The notes: generated by a model not told the origin, from the sequence alone. A stretch of DNA of 50,299 bases from Candidatus Woesearchaeota archaeon (GCA_964549155.1 CAZJUG010000002.1:1-50299); one strand, 5' to 3'; shown: positions 24,229 through 34,406, numbered from the stretch's first letter. Numbers and translations: made by a program.

Positions 24229-25431
24229 TTTATCCACTTCAGGATTCAACACAACAACAGAATACTTTTTTATACGAGCGAGTTTAATAATTTCATCGAG
24301 TTTAACATTCCTTAGATTAGTCTCATATTCATAATAGTCTTCTGCTTTTCTACAGATCTCAAACATAGTTAAGTTTGTTGCAGTACTTAATGAGTCCTCA
24401 TTTTCAACCAGAAAACTTCCAATTGCCTGTTTCTTAGCTTTTTCTAATTCCTTCTCAGAAAGAAGAGCTAACTTAGAAAATTCATTTAGAGAAACTTCTA
24501 TAACTTCTTGAGCTTTTTCCTTATCTGTTCCTGCCCAAATAACAAGATAAGAATAATTTTTTCCCATATCTAATTCGGTCTTTATTCCATATACTAATCC
24601 TCTTTTTTCCCGAACCTCTGTAAATAACCGACTAGACATGCCTTCTCCCAAGATAGCATTAAAAATTTCAGCAGCATAACTTTCTTTTTTAGAAGCAATA
24701 GGAAAATGGAAGCCAATTGCTAGATTAGTTTGTTCAATACCCTTCCTAGAAAAAATTTCTTTATTATTTTTAATAGAAATTTCTGGAATTGTAAGTTTTT
24801 TACCCTTCTTCTCAGGAATTAATTTTTCTGCTAAACTACAAATTTCCTTGAAAGAATTATTCCCCACCACAACTAGAACTGTATTTTCAGGAACATATGC
24901 AGCATCATGAACCTCTCTAATTTTCTTTTGATCCATAGATAAAACAATTTTTTCATTACCTGCTATAAATTCCCCAAAGGGGCCATTATATAGGTTTGAT
25001 TTGAGTTTATCCAAAACGAATGCATGAGGATTATCTTTATACATCTTAATCTCCTCACAAATTACCCTAGCTTCTTTTTTTATTTCCTCTACGGGAAAAA
25101 CAGGATTAAAGAAAATATCAAATAGAACATCTAGAGCTATTGAACAATGAACAGAAGGAACCTTCGCATGATAACAAGTCATTTCTTCATGAGTAAATGC
25201 ATTCAAAACCCCCCCAACAGATTCAATCTCTTCAGAGATTTGTTTAGCAGTTCTTTTTTCTGTTCCCTTGAAACAAAGGTGTTCTATAAAATGAGCAATG
25301 CCTTTTTCACTCTCTTTTTCATATTCCGCACCAAAACGAGTTGAAATCATAATAGTAGTAACAGGTACATCTCTTTTTTCATGAATTATTGTAAAACCAT
25401 TCTTTAATTTCTTTTTATTGAATAAAACCAT
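24226..25431 (-). CDS. M16 family (pitrilysin-like) zinc peptidase
   Basis: Inverted zincin motif HFIEH (HxxEH) near the N-terminus. 401 aa. Confidence 0.85.
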   Translation of the reverse strand: MVLFNKKKLKNGFTIIHEKRDVPVTTIMISTRFGAEYEKESEKGIAHFIEHLCFKGTEKRTAKQISEEIESVGGVLNAFTHEEMTCYHAKVPSVHCSIALDVLFDIFFNPVFPVEEIKKEARVICEEIKMYKDNPHAFVLDKLKSNLYNGPFGEFIAGNEKIVLSMDQKKIREVHDAAYVPENTVLVVVGNNSFKEICSLAEKLIPEKKGKKLTIPEISIKNNKEIFSRKGIEQTNLAIGFHFPIASKKESYAAEIFNAILGEGMSSRLFTEVREKRGLVYGIKTELDMGKNYSYLVIWAGTDKEKAQEVIEVSLNEFSKLALLSEKELEKAKKQAIGSFLVENEDSLSTATNLTMFEICRKAEDYYEYETNLRNVKLDEIIKLARIKKYSVVVLNPEVDK

Positions 25432-25455
25432 AGTAGATAGGAGCTAATAGGGTTT

Positions 25456-26196
25456 TTATTTCTTCCTACAACGGAAAATTCTCTCGTCACCTAGAAAAAA
25501 TTCCTCTATTGAAAAATTCTCTTCTAAAAAATATCTTAGCCAATTCCGTCTGGCTTCAAATTTATTCCTTCCAGAAATACTTTTCATAGGCATAGAGATT
25601 ACAACTAAATCTTCTTTTTTTATTTCTTTATGAATCGTTAAAAGAAGCTTCTTTGAAGAATCTCTTTCAAATGATTCAAGAGCATCTATAACCTGAAAAA
25701 GTAAAATTGCCCTAGGAGATTCAATTTCTCTGAGTAGTCTTGTTATATTATCTAAATCAAAAATATCTCCCAATACTACCTTAGCATTTTTATAAGACTT
25801 GTCTTCAAAAAAATGATTTGTCTTATTGACTAATTGACCAACCGCTTCTAAACCAAGATAATTTATTCCAGAAAGAAAGTTATTTAGATAACTATATGAA
25901 AAACCGTTTACCCCACATCCAATATCCAAGATAGAAATAGGACTCACACCAGAAAAAATTTTTTCATAAAAACCTGAATATTCTCTCCCCTTAGAAGAGA
26001 TATGGCTTCTCAAAACTTCCTCAGATTCTAATTTTAGAACCTTATTAGTTAAAAAAACCCCAAAAAATTTTCTAAGTAATGCTCTCGCACTTTTCACATC
26101 TTCGTTAGACAACCTTAAAGCCCTTTCAACCAAACTACTTGGTAAAAGAGAAAATTCCTTCTTCTTCTTAACTTTTAGGATAAGTTCATTATTCAT
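25456..26196 (-). CDS. SAM-dependent methyltransferase resembling the FmrO/Arm/Rmt 16S rRNA (G1405-N7) methyltransferase family
   Basis: SHISSKGRE (compare HaSTrER), SAM motif ILDIGCGVNGFSY (compare ILDlaCGlNP), and VVISMPMKSISGRNKFEARRNWLRYF (compare vvSFPtkSLgGR..gm...Y..wF). Confidence 0.55.
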   Translation of the reverse strand: MNNELILKVKKKKEFSLLPSSLVERALRLSNEDVKSARALLRKFFGVFLTNKVLKLESEEVLRSHISSKGREYSGFYEKIFSGVSPISILDIGCGVNGFSYSYLNNFLSGINYLGLEAVGQLVNKTNHFFEDKSYKNAKVVLGDIFDLDNITRLLREIESPRAILLFQVIDALESFERDSSKKLLLTIHKEIKKEDLVVISMPMKSISGRNKFEARRNWLRYFLEENFSIEEFFLGDERIFRCRKK

Positions 26197-26267
26197 AGAA
26201 ATCCTAATATTAGCCTATTTTTAAATGTCGCCAAAACATTTATTAAATCAGAATAATTAATTAGAAT

Positions 26268-28898
26268 ATGGAAAAAAGAGGGCTTAATTCTCAACAGGCA
26301 AAAAACCTTTTGGATAAATATGGTCCGAATGAGTTAAGAGAGATAAATAAAAAGGGACCCTTGATTATTCTCCTCCATCAAATAAAAGGGAACTTTATAA
26401 CATACCTATTATTTATAGCAATGGTTCTCTCTTTTTTTGTTGGTAAAAATATCACTGCATATACAATATTAGTTGTCATATTGCTCGTAACGATTACCGG
26501 ATTTTTTCAAGAGTATAAGGCAGAAAAAGTAATTTCTTCTCTGAAAGATATGATTGTTCCAGTATCTATTGTAATTCGAGACGGAAGAGAAATGGAAATA
26601 GAAACAACCAAACTTGTGCCAGGAGATATAATTCTTCTTAGAAATGGAGAAAAAATACCTGCAGATAGCATAATACTAGAACAAAAAGAGCTATTAGTAA
26701 ATGAGTCTATTCTAACAGGAGAATCAAAAGAAGTCTCTAAAAAAATTATAAAAAATGAAAAAGATTACTCTGAAGAAAATATGCTTTACATGGGTTCATT
26801 CATAGTTAATGGAAAATGTATTGCAAAAGTAATCCATACAGGAATGAATACTAAATTTGGTAAAATAGCTAAAATGATTTCACATGCAGAAAAAAAATTA
26901 CCTCTTCAAGATAAGATAAATTCAATCTCTAAATATATGATCCTAGTGGCAATATCATTTTCATTATTTACAGGGGCCCTAATGTTTTTTAATCAACCTT
27001 ATTCTACACAACTATTAATTGAAAGCCTGACCCTTGTTATCGCCCTAGCTGTTTCTGCATTTCCAGAAGGACTACCTGTTGTTCTCACAACAGCATTATC
27101 TCGTGGGGCGTATGTAATGGCCAAGAAAAATGCGATTGTTAATAGAATGTCAATCATAGAAACCTTAGGCGAGACAACAGTAATTTGTTCAGATAAGACT
27201 GGAACCATAACAAAAGGAGAAATGACTGTAAAAAAGATTTTAACAGATGGAAGAATTTATGAGGTGAGTGGAACAGGTTATGAAGGAAATGGAGACTTTA
27301 TTTTTAATAATAAGAAGATTAGTCCAGAAAAAGAGAAGGTATTATCCAGATTAATTGAGGCAGGTGTTGCTTGTAATGATGCAAACATAAGTAGAACAGG
27401 AGAAGATAAAAATTTTAATATAATTGGAAATCCTACAGAAGCAGCACTTCTTGTAATGGCCTCTAAAGCAGGAATATACCAAGAGGACTTACAATATTCT
27501 AGAATAGAGGAAATTCCATTCAATTCGGAAAGAAAAAGGATGTCTGTTTTAGTAAAAAATAAAGAAAAGAGATTAATCTATAGTAAAGGAGCTCCAGAAT
27601 TTGTATTGTCCCAATGTAAATATGTTCAAAGAAAAGAAGGAATATTCAGAATTACCGAAAAAGAAAGGAAGAACATATTGTTATTGAATGAGGATATGAC
27701 CTCTGAAACATTGAGAACTCTAGCCCTGGCATATAAAGAACCGAATAAGGGTAAGAAGATAGAAGAGAGTGATTTTATCTTTTTAGGACTAGTGGGCATA
27801 GAAGATCCCCCAAAAGAAGAAGTCAAAGAAGCAATCCAGATTTGCAAAAATGCAGGAATAGAAGTAAAGATGATTACAGGAGATAATAGAGAAACTGCAA
27901 AAGCAATAGCAAAACAGATAGGAATTCAAGGGAAAATAATGGACGGGAATGAATTAGAAAAAATTAGTGAAGAAGAACTTTCAAAGATTGTTAAAGAAAT
28001 TGTTATTTTTGCAAGAGTAAAACCTGAGCATAAACTAAAGATTGTAAAAGCATTAAAAATGAATGGAGAAATAGTAACCATGACTGGAGATGGAGTAAAT
28101 GATGCTCCAGCACTAAAAGAAGCCCATATAGGGGTAGCAATGGGTATCGCAGGAACAGATGTTTCCAGAGAAGTAGCAGATTTAACATTAAAGGATGATA
28201 ACTTCGCAACAATAGTAGAGGCAATAAAAGAAGGAAGAACTATTTTTAAGAATATAAGAAAATTTATAGGTTACCAGTTATCTTGTAACTATGCCGAACT
28301 AGCAATTCTATTTTTTGGAGTTTTACTAGCTCCATTTTTTGGATGGCACATACCCCTATTACTTGCATTACAGATATTGTTCATGAATTTAGTAACTGAT
28401 GACATCCCCGCAATAAGTCTTGCACTAACCCCTTCCTCGGAGGATATAATGTTAGAGAAGCCTATAAAAAATCAGAAAATTATGAATAAAGCTCACTGGG
28501 GCTGGACAATAACTGCAGGAGCTCTTATGGCTATAATGACTCTTGGAGTTTATTATGTTGTATTTAATATTGTTGGCCAAACGATAATAGATGCCAGAAC
28601 CACAGCATTACTTACATTAATCTTTTTAGAAATCGGAGGAGCATATAACTTTTTATCATTCAGGAGAGAAGTAACTCCAAAGTCTGCATTTGCAAATAAG
28701 TATCTATTTGGAGCATCTATAATCTCAATAATTGCCACAATAGTAATAATATATAGCCCCCTAAACAAAATTTTTGAGACAGTTCCTGTCGGAAGATTAG
28801 ATTGGATTTTCGCACTTTTATTTGCACTGATATTGATAATAATATTTAATATATTGAAAAGGATTAACAATAAGAAAGGTTTTTTGAAATTGAATTAA
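26268..28898 (+). CDS. P-type cation-transporting ATPase (type IIA, Ca2+-ATPase-like)
   Basis: Motifs TGES, PEGLP, DKTGTIT, KGAPE, MITGDN, TGDGVNDAPALK. About 10 TM segments. Confidence 0.9.
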   Translation: MEKRGLNSQQAKNLLDKYGPNELREINKKGPLIILLHQIKGNFITYLLFIAMVLSFFVGKNITAYTILVVILLVTITGFFQEYKAEKVISSLKDMIVPVSIVIRDGREMEIETTKLVPGDIILLRNGEKIPADSIILEQKELLVNESILTGESKEVSKKIIKNEKDYSEENMLYMGSFIVNGKCIAKVIHTGMNTKFGKIAKMISHAEKKLPLQDKINSISKYMILVAISFSLFTGALMFFNQPYSTQLLIESLTLVIALAVSAFPEGLPVVLTTALSRGAYVMAKKNAIVNRMSIIETLGETTVICSDKTGTITKGEMTVKKILTDGRIYEVSGTGYEGNGDFIFNNKKISPEKEKVLSRLIEAGVACNDANISRTGEDKNFNIIGNPTEAALLVMASKAGIYQEDLQYSRIEEIPFNSERKRMSVLVKNKEKRLIYSKGAPEFVLSQCKYVQRKEGIFRITEKERKNILLLNEDMTSETLRTLALAYKEPNKGKKIEESDFIFLGLVGIEDPPKEEVKEAIQICKNAGIEVKMITGDNRETAKAIAKQIGIQGKIMDGNELEKISEEELSKIVKEIVIFARVKPEHKLKIVKALKMNGEIVTMTGDGVNDAPALKEAHIGVAMGIAGTDVSREVADLTLKDDNFATIVEAIKEGRTIFKNIRKFIGYQLSCNYAELAILFFGVLLAPFFGWHIPLLLALQILFMNLVTDDIPAISLALTPSSEDIMLEKPIKNQKIMNKAHWGWTITAGALMAIMTLGVYYVVFNIVGQTIIDARTTALLTLIFLEIGGAYNFLSFRREVTPKSAFANKYLFGASIISIIATIVIIYSPLNKIFETVPVGRLDWIFALLFALILIIIFNILKRINNKKGFLKLN

Positions 28899-28917
28899 AA
28901 TTTTTATAATAATACCC

Positions 28918-29469
28918 TTAAAGATATTTAGATAATAATCTTTTATCTACACAACAAAGATTATTAAATTTTTTCTTAGGAAGAATTAGGAGAGTATTAT
29001 TGTATCTAACCCCTTCCTGAAAATCTGTCCAATATTCATAAAATCTTCTTGGAGAAAAATCTCTTACTTTAACTGAAGCACTATCTGACAAAAAAATATG
29101 ATTATTTATTCCTAAAACAGAAGCCCAGTGGTCCTCATTATAAATAGGATCAGTATAACACACCATCGGAGGAATCCCCTTACTTACCCACCCCTCCAAA
29201 AAGTTGATGTCTCTTTCCCTATCAAAATGAGCAGCTAATAGACCTAATTGTCTTGCTCCATTCACTAAACCCTGCGAATCACAACCCTCAGAAGAACTAG
29301 AACCCGTCAACCTAGAAATTTCTTTTTGTTGAATCTCCTCTCCCATCCAAAAATGATAAATGGACCTCAATGTTGCATCTCCGCAACGACCTTTTGTTTG
29401 AGGATAAATTTTATATCCTCTTATACCATTACTAACTGAAACTTCCTTTCCAGCTATTCCCATCTCCAA
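28918..29469 (-). CDS. Peptidase C39-like (papain-fold) domain protein
   Basis: Candidate catalytic Cys in QTKGRCGDATLRSIYHF and His in NEDHWASVLG, with spacing typical of Peptidase_C39_2. Overlaps the upstream gene by 38 nt. Confidence 0.55.
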   Translation of the reverse strand: MEMGIAGKEVSVSNGIRGYKIYPQTKGRCGDATLRSIYHFWMGEEIQQKEISRLTGSSSSEGCDSQGLVNGARQLGLLAAHFDRERDINFLEGWVSKGIPPMVCYTDPIYNEDHWASVLGINNHIFLSDSASVKVRDFSPRRFYEYWTDFQEGVRYNNTLLILPKKKFNNLCCVDKRLLSKYL

Positions 29470-30094
29470 TGACCTTAGTTAAATTAACATTTAATTTTTC
29501 TTTAAAAAGTGGACAGTTTATAACTAAACTTTCAAACTCCCCTCCCTCTCCCGCAGGATTTATCTTATACTTTTCACCAAGAGAAGTTACTTCCTGAATA
29601 AATTTAGAGTCTATTATTCTTCCAACCCAAGACCTATCTAAAGGATATGCGGCAACAGCAGAAATCATCACATCAAACTGGTTATTAATTAAATCCCTTA
29701 GAAGTTCTAGCTGATCCTTTTGCCAAAGAGGATTTAAACAAATAATCCCTAATTTATCACAAATGTTTTGAATTCTGGAAGCTTGATAAGAACTCGCAAT
29801 AGCTCCTGTAACGATTCCTTCAAGACCATAATCTCTAATAGCAATCTTAATCGCATCTTCCAAGTCTATTAGTTCTTCTTCCTTATTCCCTTCTGTTTTG
29901 TGTGTAACTAATGGAATCTCCATTAGTTCTGCCTGTTTGTTAGTTAACTCTATCGCAGGAGTATGAAACATAAAACTATCTTTATTTTCAGAATAAATTG
30001 AAATAAGACAGACAATTTCATGACCTTCTTTCTTAGCAAGCCATGCTGCATATGTTGAATCTTTCCCTCCAGAAAATAAAACTCCAAGTTTCAT
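29432..30094 (-). CDS. PP-loop ATP pyrophosphatase, diphthine-ammonia ligase (Dph6/MJ0570) family
   Basis: N-terminal PP-loop MKLGVLFSGGKDSTYA, and ...NPAGEGGEFESLV near the C-terminus. Confidence 0.75.
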   Translation of the reverse strand: MKLGVLFSGGKDSTYAAWLAKKEGHEIVCLISIYSENKDSFMFHTPAIELTNKQAELMEIPLVTHKTEGNKEEELIDLEDAIKIAIRDYGLEGIVTGAIASSYQASRIQNICDKLGIICLNPLWQKDQLELLRDLINNQFDVMISAVAAYPLDRSWVGRIIDSKFIQEVTSLGEKYKINPAGEGGEFESLVINCPLFKEKLNVNLTKVIGDGNSWKGSFS

Positions 30095-30255
30095 AGAATC
30101 TTGAAAAAAGAGGAGATTAAAAGGTTATGTGCCCCTAATTTGGCTGTTGCGAACTCTGTAATGAATGAGGCTCTTCTTTAAATCATTGAGAAACTTCTTT
30201 TTTAGTAACTTCCTCTTCATTAAAGGAAAATTTTACCAACCAACTAGTCCATTAT

Positions 30256-32754
30256 CTATCTAAATAATGTATACAAGCCCCCAAAGATTCTTTTCCATAA
30301 AGACTCTGGAGATTTATTTTCAGAAAAAGTATTTTCAGAAGCGATAGTTTCAGTATTTGGAGTCAATTCAAATTTAAAATCAGATACACTTACTGGAGGA
30401 TCACTAGAATCCCCTCTTAAGGAATAATCTATAGATGGTGTGTTGAAAAAGTCCTGTAATTCAAAAGAATTAAAAACATTTAAATTACTAAACCCCAATT
30501 CGAATCTTTTTAAGTTTGGGTAAAGAATCAGTGTAAAATGAGTATCATCATTCGCAGCTACCCCTATAGATTTTACTACAGTATCCGACATCCCCTCCTT
30601 TATACCTTGGGGGACCATAACCTTCAATTCATTAAATATCCTTTCATATCTTTCAACAGAACCCTCATTAATAAACTTCGTTTCTTCTATATGGTTTGTG
30701 CTAACAATAAGATTTTCCGAACTTTCAGGATATCTTATCCGTACCCCTTGATAATTACCCTCAATCACCGCTGCGACAATTTGTTGATTGCTTGGAGAAG
30801 ATAAGTGAAGAAGATATCCAGGGTAAGTTCTTTTTTCGTATAACACCCTATATACATCCCCTACAAAATCTGTTCCTTCTGCAGAGTCTATCGCATCTCT
30901 TATCATAAAACCGAGAGGATCGAAATTCTGACCCTTATTAGCATAACCAACCCCAAGAAGTTGATTTACATATATCCCCAAACCGTCCTCCCTAATAGCA
31001 GTAACTCCTCCGATAAGACCGGGAAGGGCTACCGAGACCCACTTTTTCTCAGAAGGATCACTAGGAGAATAAGAAATGAGCAACCAAAGGTTTGAAGGTT
31101 CAACACCCCCTGCATTATATCCAAGATCCAGATTCCTAGCCGAAATCGTATTCCCCTCAGATGTATGATCCCCCCAAACAGAATAGCTTGAACATAAACT
31201 CTCCCAAGAATCAGGAAGGAGATTTATAGCCTTTAAATCGTCAAGACTTACCTCTCTTTGTAAGCTATCTATATACAAATCAATTCCGCTATCTTTCATT
31301 CCCTGTAACATCCCCTCAAGTTCTTCAATATATTTTTCAGGTATGTTTGAATAGGAGATGTGTTGAACCAATAGATTATAATTGTCTGGATTTTCTAAAA
31401 TCCCCTCAAAAATAGAATAGTTTAAAAAAGAGATTATTCTTGGGGCTAAAAGTTTTCCATGAGTATACCCCATCTCATAATGAGTTCCTTCAAGTTTTAG
31501 GACATCAATTCCATTTATATTAATTAATGGACTGAAACAACCGCTATTTCTATCTAACTCAAAGGTATAAATAGAACTATAAACCTCTTCAATACCTCCT
31601 AAATCCGTAGTAATATGCACATTTAGACTATGATTCCCGAAAAGGATTTTATTTTCTGAAATATAAGGTCTTAAATCAATTTCAAACCCATACCCACTAT
31701 AGGTCGGTCTTGTCCTATTTGCATAATCTGTAATCCATCCTACATTGGGAATTTCCAAGCCGACATAAAATCTCTCATCTAGATTACTCCAATCCCCCAC
31801 AGCCCCAATTAATTTACAATTACTAAAAACAACATCCTTATAAGTAATCTCTCTTATAAGAGGAATACAGTTGTTAGTATTAGTAGAACACATACTACTA
31901 GAGTCACAGACAATTGTTCCATTCTTTTGTACATTTTGATTACAACTATCCTTTACATTCTTTATTCCACAAAAAGTATTCAAAGCAGGAGTAAAACTAG
32001 TTTTTGAAGGAGTACATCCACATACGTTAGGAGTTCCTCCACCACCACAAGTATTCGGAGAAGTACAACTTCCACAACTTATAGTCCTAGTCTTTCCACA
32101 ATTATCCATAGCGGTTACAGAACCACAATTTTTATTTAATCTCAAGCATAACTGGGTATCTGACTCTGGAGTACAAAAGACACAACGACCCGTAGAAGCA
32201 CTACATGCCCCTCCCAAGGCTGAACAATCCCTAACTTGTTTGAAAGAATATAAAACTCCACAAGGGGTCTCAGAATTGAAATACAATATGTTCATCTCCT
32301 TATTTCCAAAACAAAAATAACTAAAAGTTTTAGCCCATGTAAACTTATCATCTAGGTCTTGACTGAAATAAGAAGCCCCTCCGCAATCATTTACATCCTT
32401 ATAGATAAAAGATCCGGTTCTTATTCCTTGACCAACATTATTCAAATCAACAGTTCCATGAAAACAAGAATAGCCCTGAGGGCTTACAATCTCCAAAAGC
32501 TCAGAACACACAGAAACAGAACTTTCCTGAAATGCAATAACGTGGTAAAATCGCCCATACTGCTCTAATACTGTATTAATGAGAGACACATCTCCCAGTT
32601 TATAAATTACATTCCCACTAATCAAATTATCTCTCCCCAAAATTTTATCTAAAAAATCTCCAAACCATCCCGCACTAACAACAGAAACTGAAAAAAAAGA
32701 CACAACTACCAATGACAAAACACAAAAAGCAATCACCTTCTCCTCAATTTTCAT
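30256..32754 (-). CDS. Large secreted protein: Cys-rich N-terminal region plus a C45 / Ntn-hydrolase-like (acyl-CoA:6-APA acyltransferase family) domain
   Basis: Signal/anchor segment VIAFCVLSLVVVSFFSVSVVSA. Cys-rich stretch ...CGSCTSPNTCGGGGTPNVCGC... GTHYEMGYTHGKLLA and the nucleophile-type LCSSYSVWG...ISARNLDLG match C45 motifs. Confidence 0.6.
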   Translation of the reverse strand: MKIEEKVIAFCVLSLVVVSFFSVSVVSAGWFGDFLDKILGRDNLISGNVIYKLGDVSLINTVLEQYGRFYHVIAFQESSVSVCSELLEIVSPQGYSCFHGTVDLNNVGQGIRTGSFIYKDVNDCGGASYFSQDLDDKFTWAKTFSYFCFGNKEMNILYFNSETPCGVLYSFKQVRDCSALGGACSASTGRCVFCTPESDTQLCLRLNKNCGSVTAMDNCGKTRTISCGSCTSPNTCGGGGTPNVCGCTPSKTSFTPALNTFCGIKNVKDSCNQNVQKNGTIVCDSSSMCSTNTNNCIPLIREITYKDVVFSNCKLIGAVGDWSNLDERFYVGLEIPNVGWITDYANRTRPTYSGYGFEIDLRPYISENKILFGNHSLNVHITTDLGGIEEVYSSIYTFELDRNSGCFSPLININGIDVLKLEGTHYEMGYTHGKLLAPRIISFLNYSIFEGILENPDNYNLLVQHISYSNIPEKYIEELEGMLQGMKDSGIDLYIDSLQREVSLDDLKAINLLPDSWESLCSSYSVWGDHTSEGNTISARNLDLGYNAGGVEPSNLWLLISYSPSDPSEKKWVSVALPGLIGGVTAIREDGLGIYVNQLLGVGYANKGQNFDPLGFMIRDAIDSAEGTDFVGDVYRVLYEKRTYPGYLLHLSSPSNQQIVAAVIEGNYQGVRIRYPESSENLIVSTNHIEETKFINEGSVERYERIFNELKVMVPQGIKEGMSDTVVKSIGVAANDDTHFTLILYPNLKRFELGFSNLNVFNSFELQDFFNTPSIDYSLRGDSSDPPVSVSDFKFELTPNTETIASENTFSENKSPESLWKRIFGGLYTLFR

Positions 32755-32880
32755 GAAAAAAAGAAATAAAACCTATATTTAAACCTTCGTTTTTTTTTTC
32801 GTTTTTACTTTTATTACTCCAACCAGATAAAAAATTAACGATAAGCAAATTTTTATAAACTAAAAAATCAAAATAGAATC

Positions 32881-33789
32881 ATGCCAGTTAATGCACATCC
32901 AGAATATATTAGTGCGGAAAGAGATTATGATAAAGCGACAACTACTGAAGAAAAGATAAGATGTTTAGAAAAAATGATTTCTTTTGCACCCTCACATAAA
33001 GGAGGAGAAAACCTAAGAGCACAGTTAAAAACAAGATATAGGAAACTAATAGATTCCTTAGAAAAAGCAAAGAAATCTGGAAAGTCAACTCAACAAGGAA
33101 TCAAAAAAGCAGAAATGCAGGTAATTCTTGTCGGACCTCCAAACTCTGGAAAGACAACAATTTTTAATAAACTTGCTGAACAAAGTTCGATTATAACTGA
33201 TTATCCCCACTCAACAAAGGAGTCTACACTTGGAACAATAGCTTACGAAGATGTAAAAATTCAGATTATAGACACTCCTTCATTTCCTAACACCGACAAA
33301 GGTTTGTTGCACACTACAGACACAATTCTTTTAACAATAGAAAATTTAAATCAATTTGAAAGTTCATTAGCAGAAATAGGAGCCACGAAAGCAAAAGTTA
33401 TAATAGCTATAACTAAAATAGATACCTTAAACGAACAAGAAAGAAGAAAGATAATAGCAAATCTTAAATCAAAATTCAAAAAATTTCAATTTTTACTTTT
33501 CAAAGAAAATATCTCAAAAGAAGAACTGAAAGAGATTAAAAGAACAATTTTTGAAACATTCCCCATAATAAGGATATATACAAAAGAACCAAAGAAAGAA
33601 CATTCTAGAGACCCTTTGATTCTAAAAACAGGTTCTACTCTTCAAGAAGTCGCAGGAAAAATTTCTAAAAATTTGAAAAACCAAACGAAGTCTGCGAAAA
33701 TATGGGGGCCTTCATCAAAGTTTGCAGGACAGATGGTCGGTCTTAACCATATTCTAAAAGATAAAGACATTGTAGAAATCAAAACTTAA
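32881..33789 (+). CDS. DRG/OBG-HflX-like GTPase with C-terminal TGS domain
   Basis: G1 GPPNSGKTT, G3 DTPS, G4 TKID. The C-terminal ...LILKTGSTLQEVAGKI...HILKDKDIVEI is TGS-like. Confidence 0.75.
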   Translation: MPVNAHPEYISAERDYDKATTTEEKIRCLEKMISFAPSHKGGENLRAQLKTRYRKLIDSLEKAKKSGKSTQQGIKKAEMQVILVGPPNSGKTTIFNKLAEQSSIITDYPHSTKESTLGTIAYEDVKIQIIDTPSFPNTDKGLLHTTDTILLTIENLNQFESSLAEIGATKAKVIIAITKIDTLNEQERRKIIANLKSKFKKFQFLLFKENISKEELKEIKRTIFETFPIIRIYTKEPKKEHSRDPLILKTGSTLQEVAGKISKNLKNQTKSAKIWGPSSKFAGQMVGLNHILKDKDIVEIKT

Positions 33790-34406
33790 TGAATAAAATA
33801 GAATCCAACTATTTGAGAATAAAAAAAGAACTTTCAGAAATAAGGAAACCGATAAAATTATGTTGTGTAACTAAATATTCAAATTCTGAAGATATTAATC
33901 TAGTGATTAGATTAGGAGCAGAGATTATAGGGGAGAATAAAGTCCAAGATGCAATTAAGAAATTTGAATTTTTAGACAAAGTTGAAAAACATTTTATAGG
34001 ACATCTTCAAAGCAACAAGATAAAAAAAGCAGTTGAGTTATTTGATGTTATTCAAACAATAGATTCTATAGAACTTGCTGAAAAAATTAACCAAATTTGT
34101 AGAAAGAAGATAATGATACAGGTAAATATTGGAAGAGAGCCTCAAAAATATGGATTTCTAGAAGAGGATTTGGATAATGCAATTGAAGAAATAAGTAAAA
34201 TGAAGAACTTAGAAGTATTAGGATTGATGACTATATTACCTAAATATATCGAAAAAATAAAGAAGGTAGAACTATTCAAAAAAATGAGAAATTTAAATGA
34301 CAAATATAAATTTACGGAACTTTCAATGGGGATGACAGGAGACTATGAGCTAGCAATAAAAGAAGGAGCCACTATTGTAAGGATAGGAAGCGCGATTTTT
34401 AAATGA
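33789..34406 (+). CDS. yggS: YggS family pyridoxal-phosphate homeostasis protein
   Basis: 205 aa. PLP-Lys region LCCVTKY; ...HFIGHLQSNK...; ...LSMGMTGDYELAI..GAT.VRIGSAIF. Confidence 0.8.
   Translation: MNKIESNYLRIKKELSEIRKPIKLCCVTKYSNSEDINLVIRLGAEIIGENKVQDAIKKFEFLDKVEKHFIGHLQSNKIKKAVELFDVIQTIDSIELAEKINQICRKKIMIQVNIGREPQKYGFLEEDLDNAIEEISKMKNLEVLGLMTILPKYIEKIKKVELFKKMRNLNDKYKFTELSMGMTGDYELAIKEGATIVRIGSAIFK

Noticed and set aside
30125-30220. 31-codon basic minus-strand ORF (MKRKLLKKKFLNDLKKSLIHYRVRNSQIRGT) in the spacer upstream of the PP-loop ATPase gene
   Set aside because: There is no ribosome-binding site, no recognisable family and no way to test conservation here. It is too short to call.
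30188-30230. Possible extra copy of the 18-kb/24-kb repeat family (AGAAACTTCTTTTTTAGTAACTTCCTCTTCAT)
   Set aside because: The similarity is patchy, in T/C-rich low-complexity sequence, and in the opposite orientation relative to flanking genes. It is not distinguishable from chance by eye.
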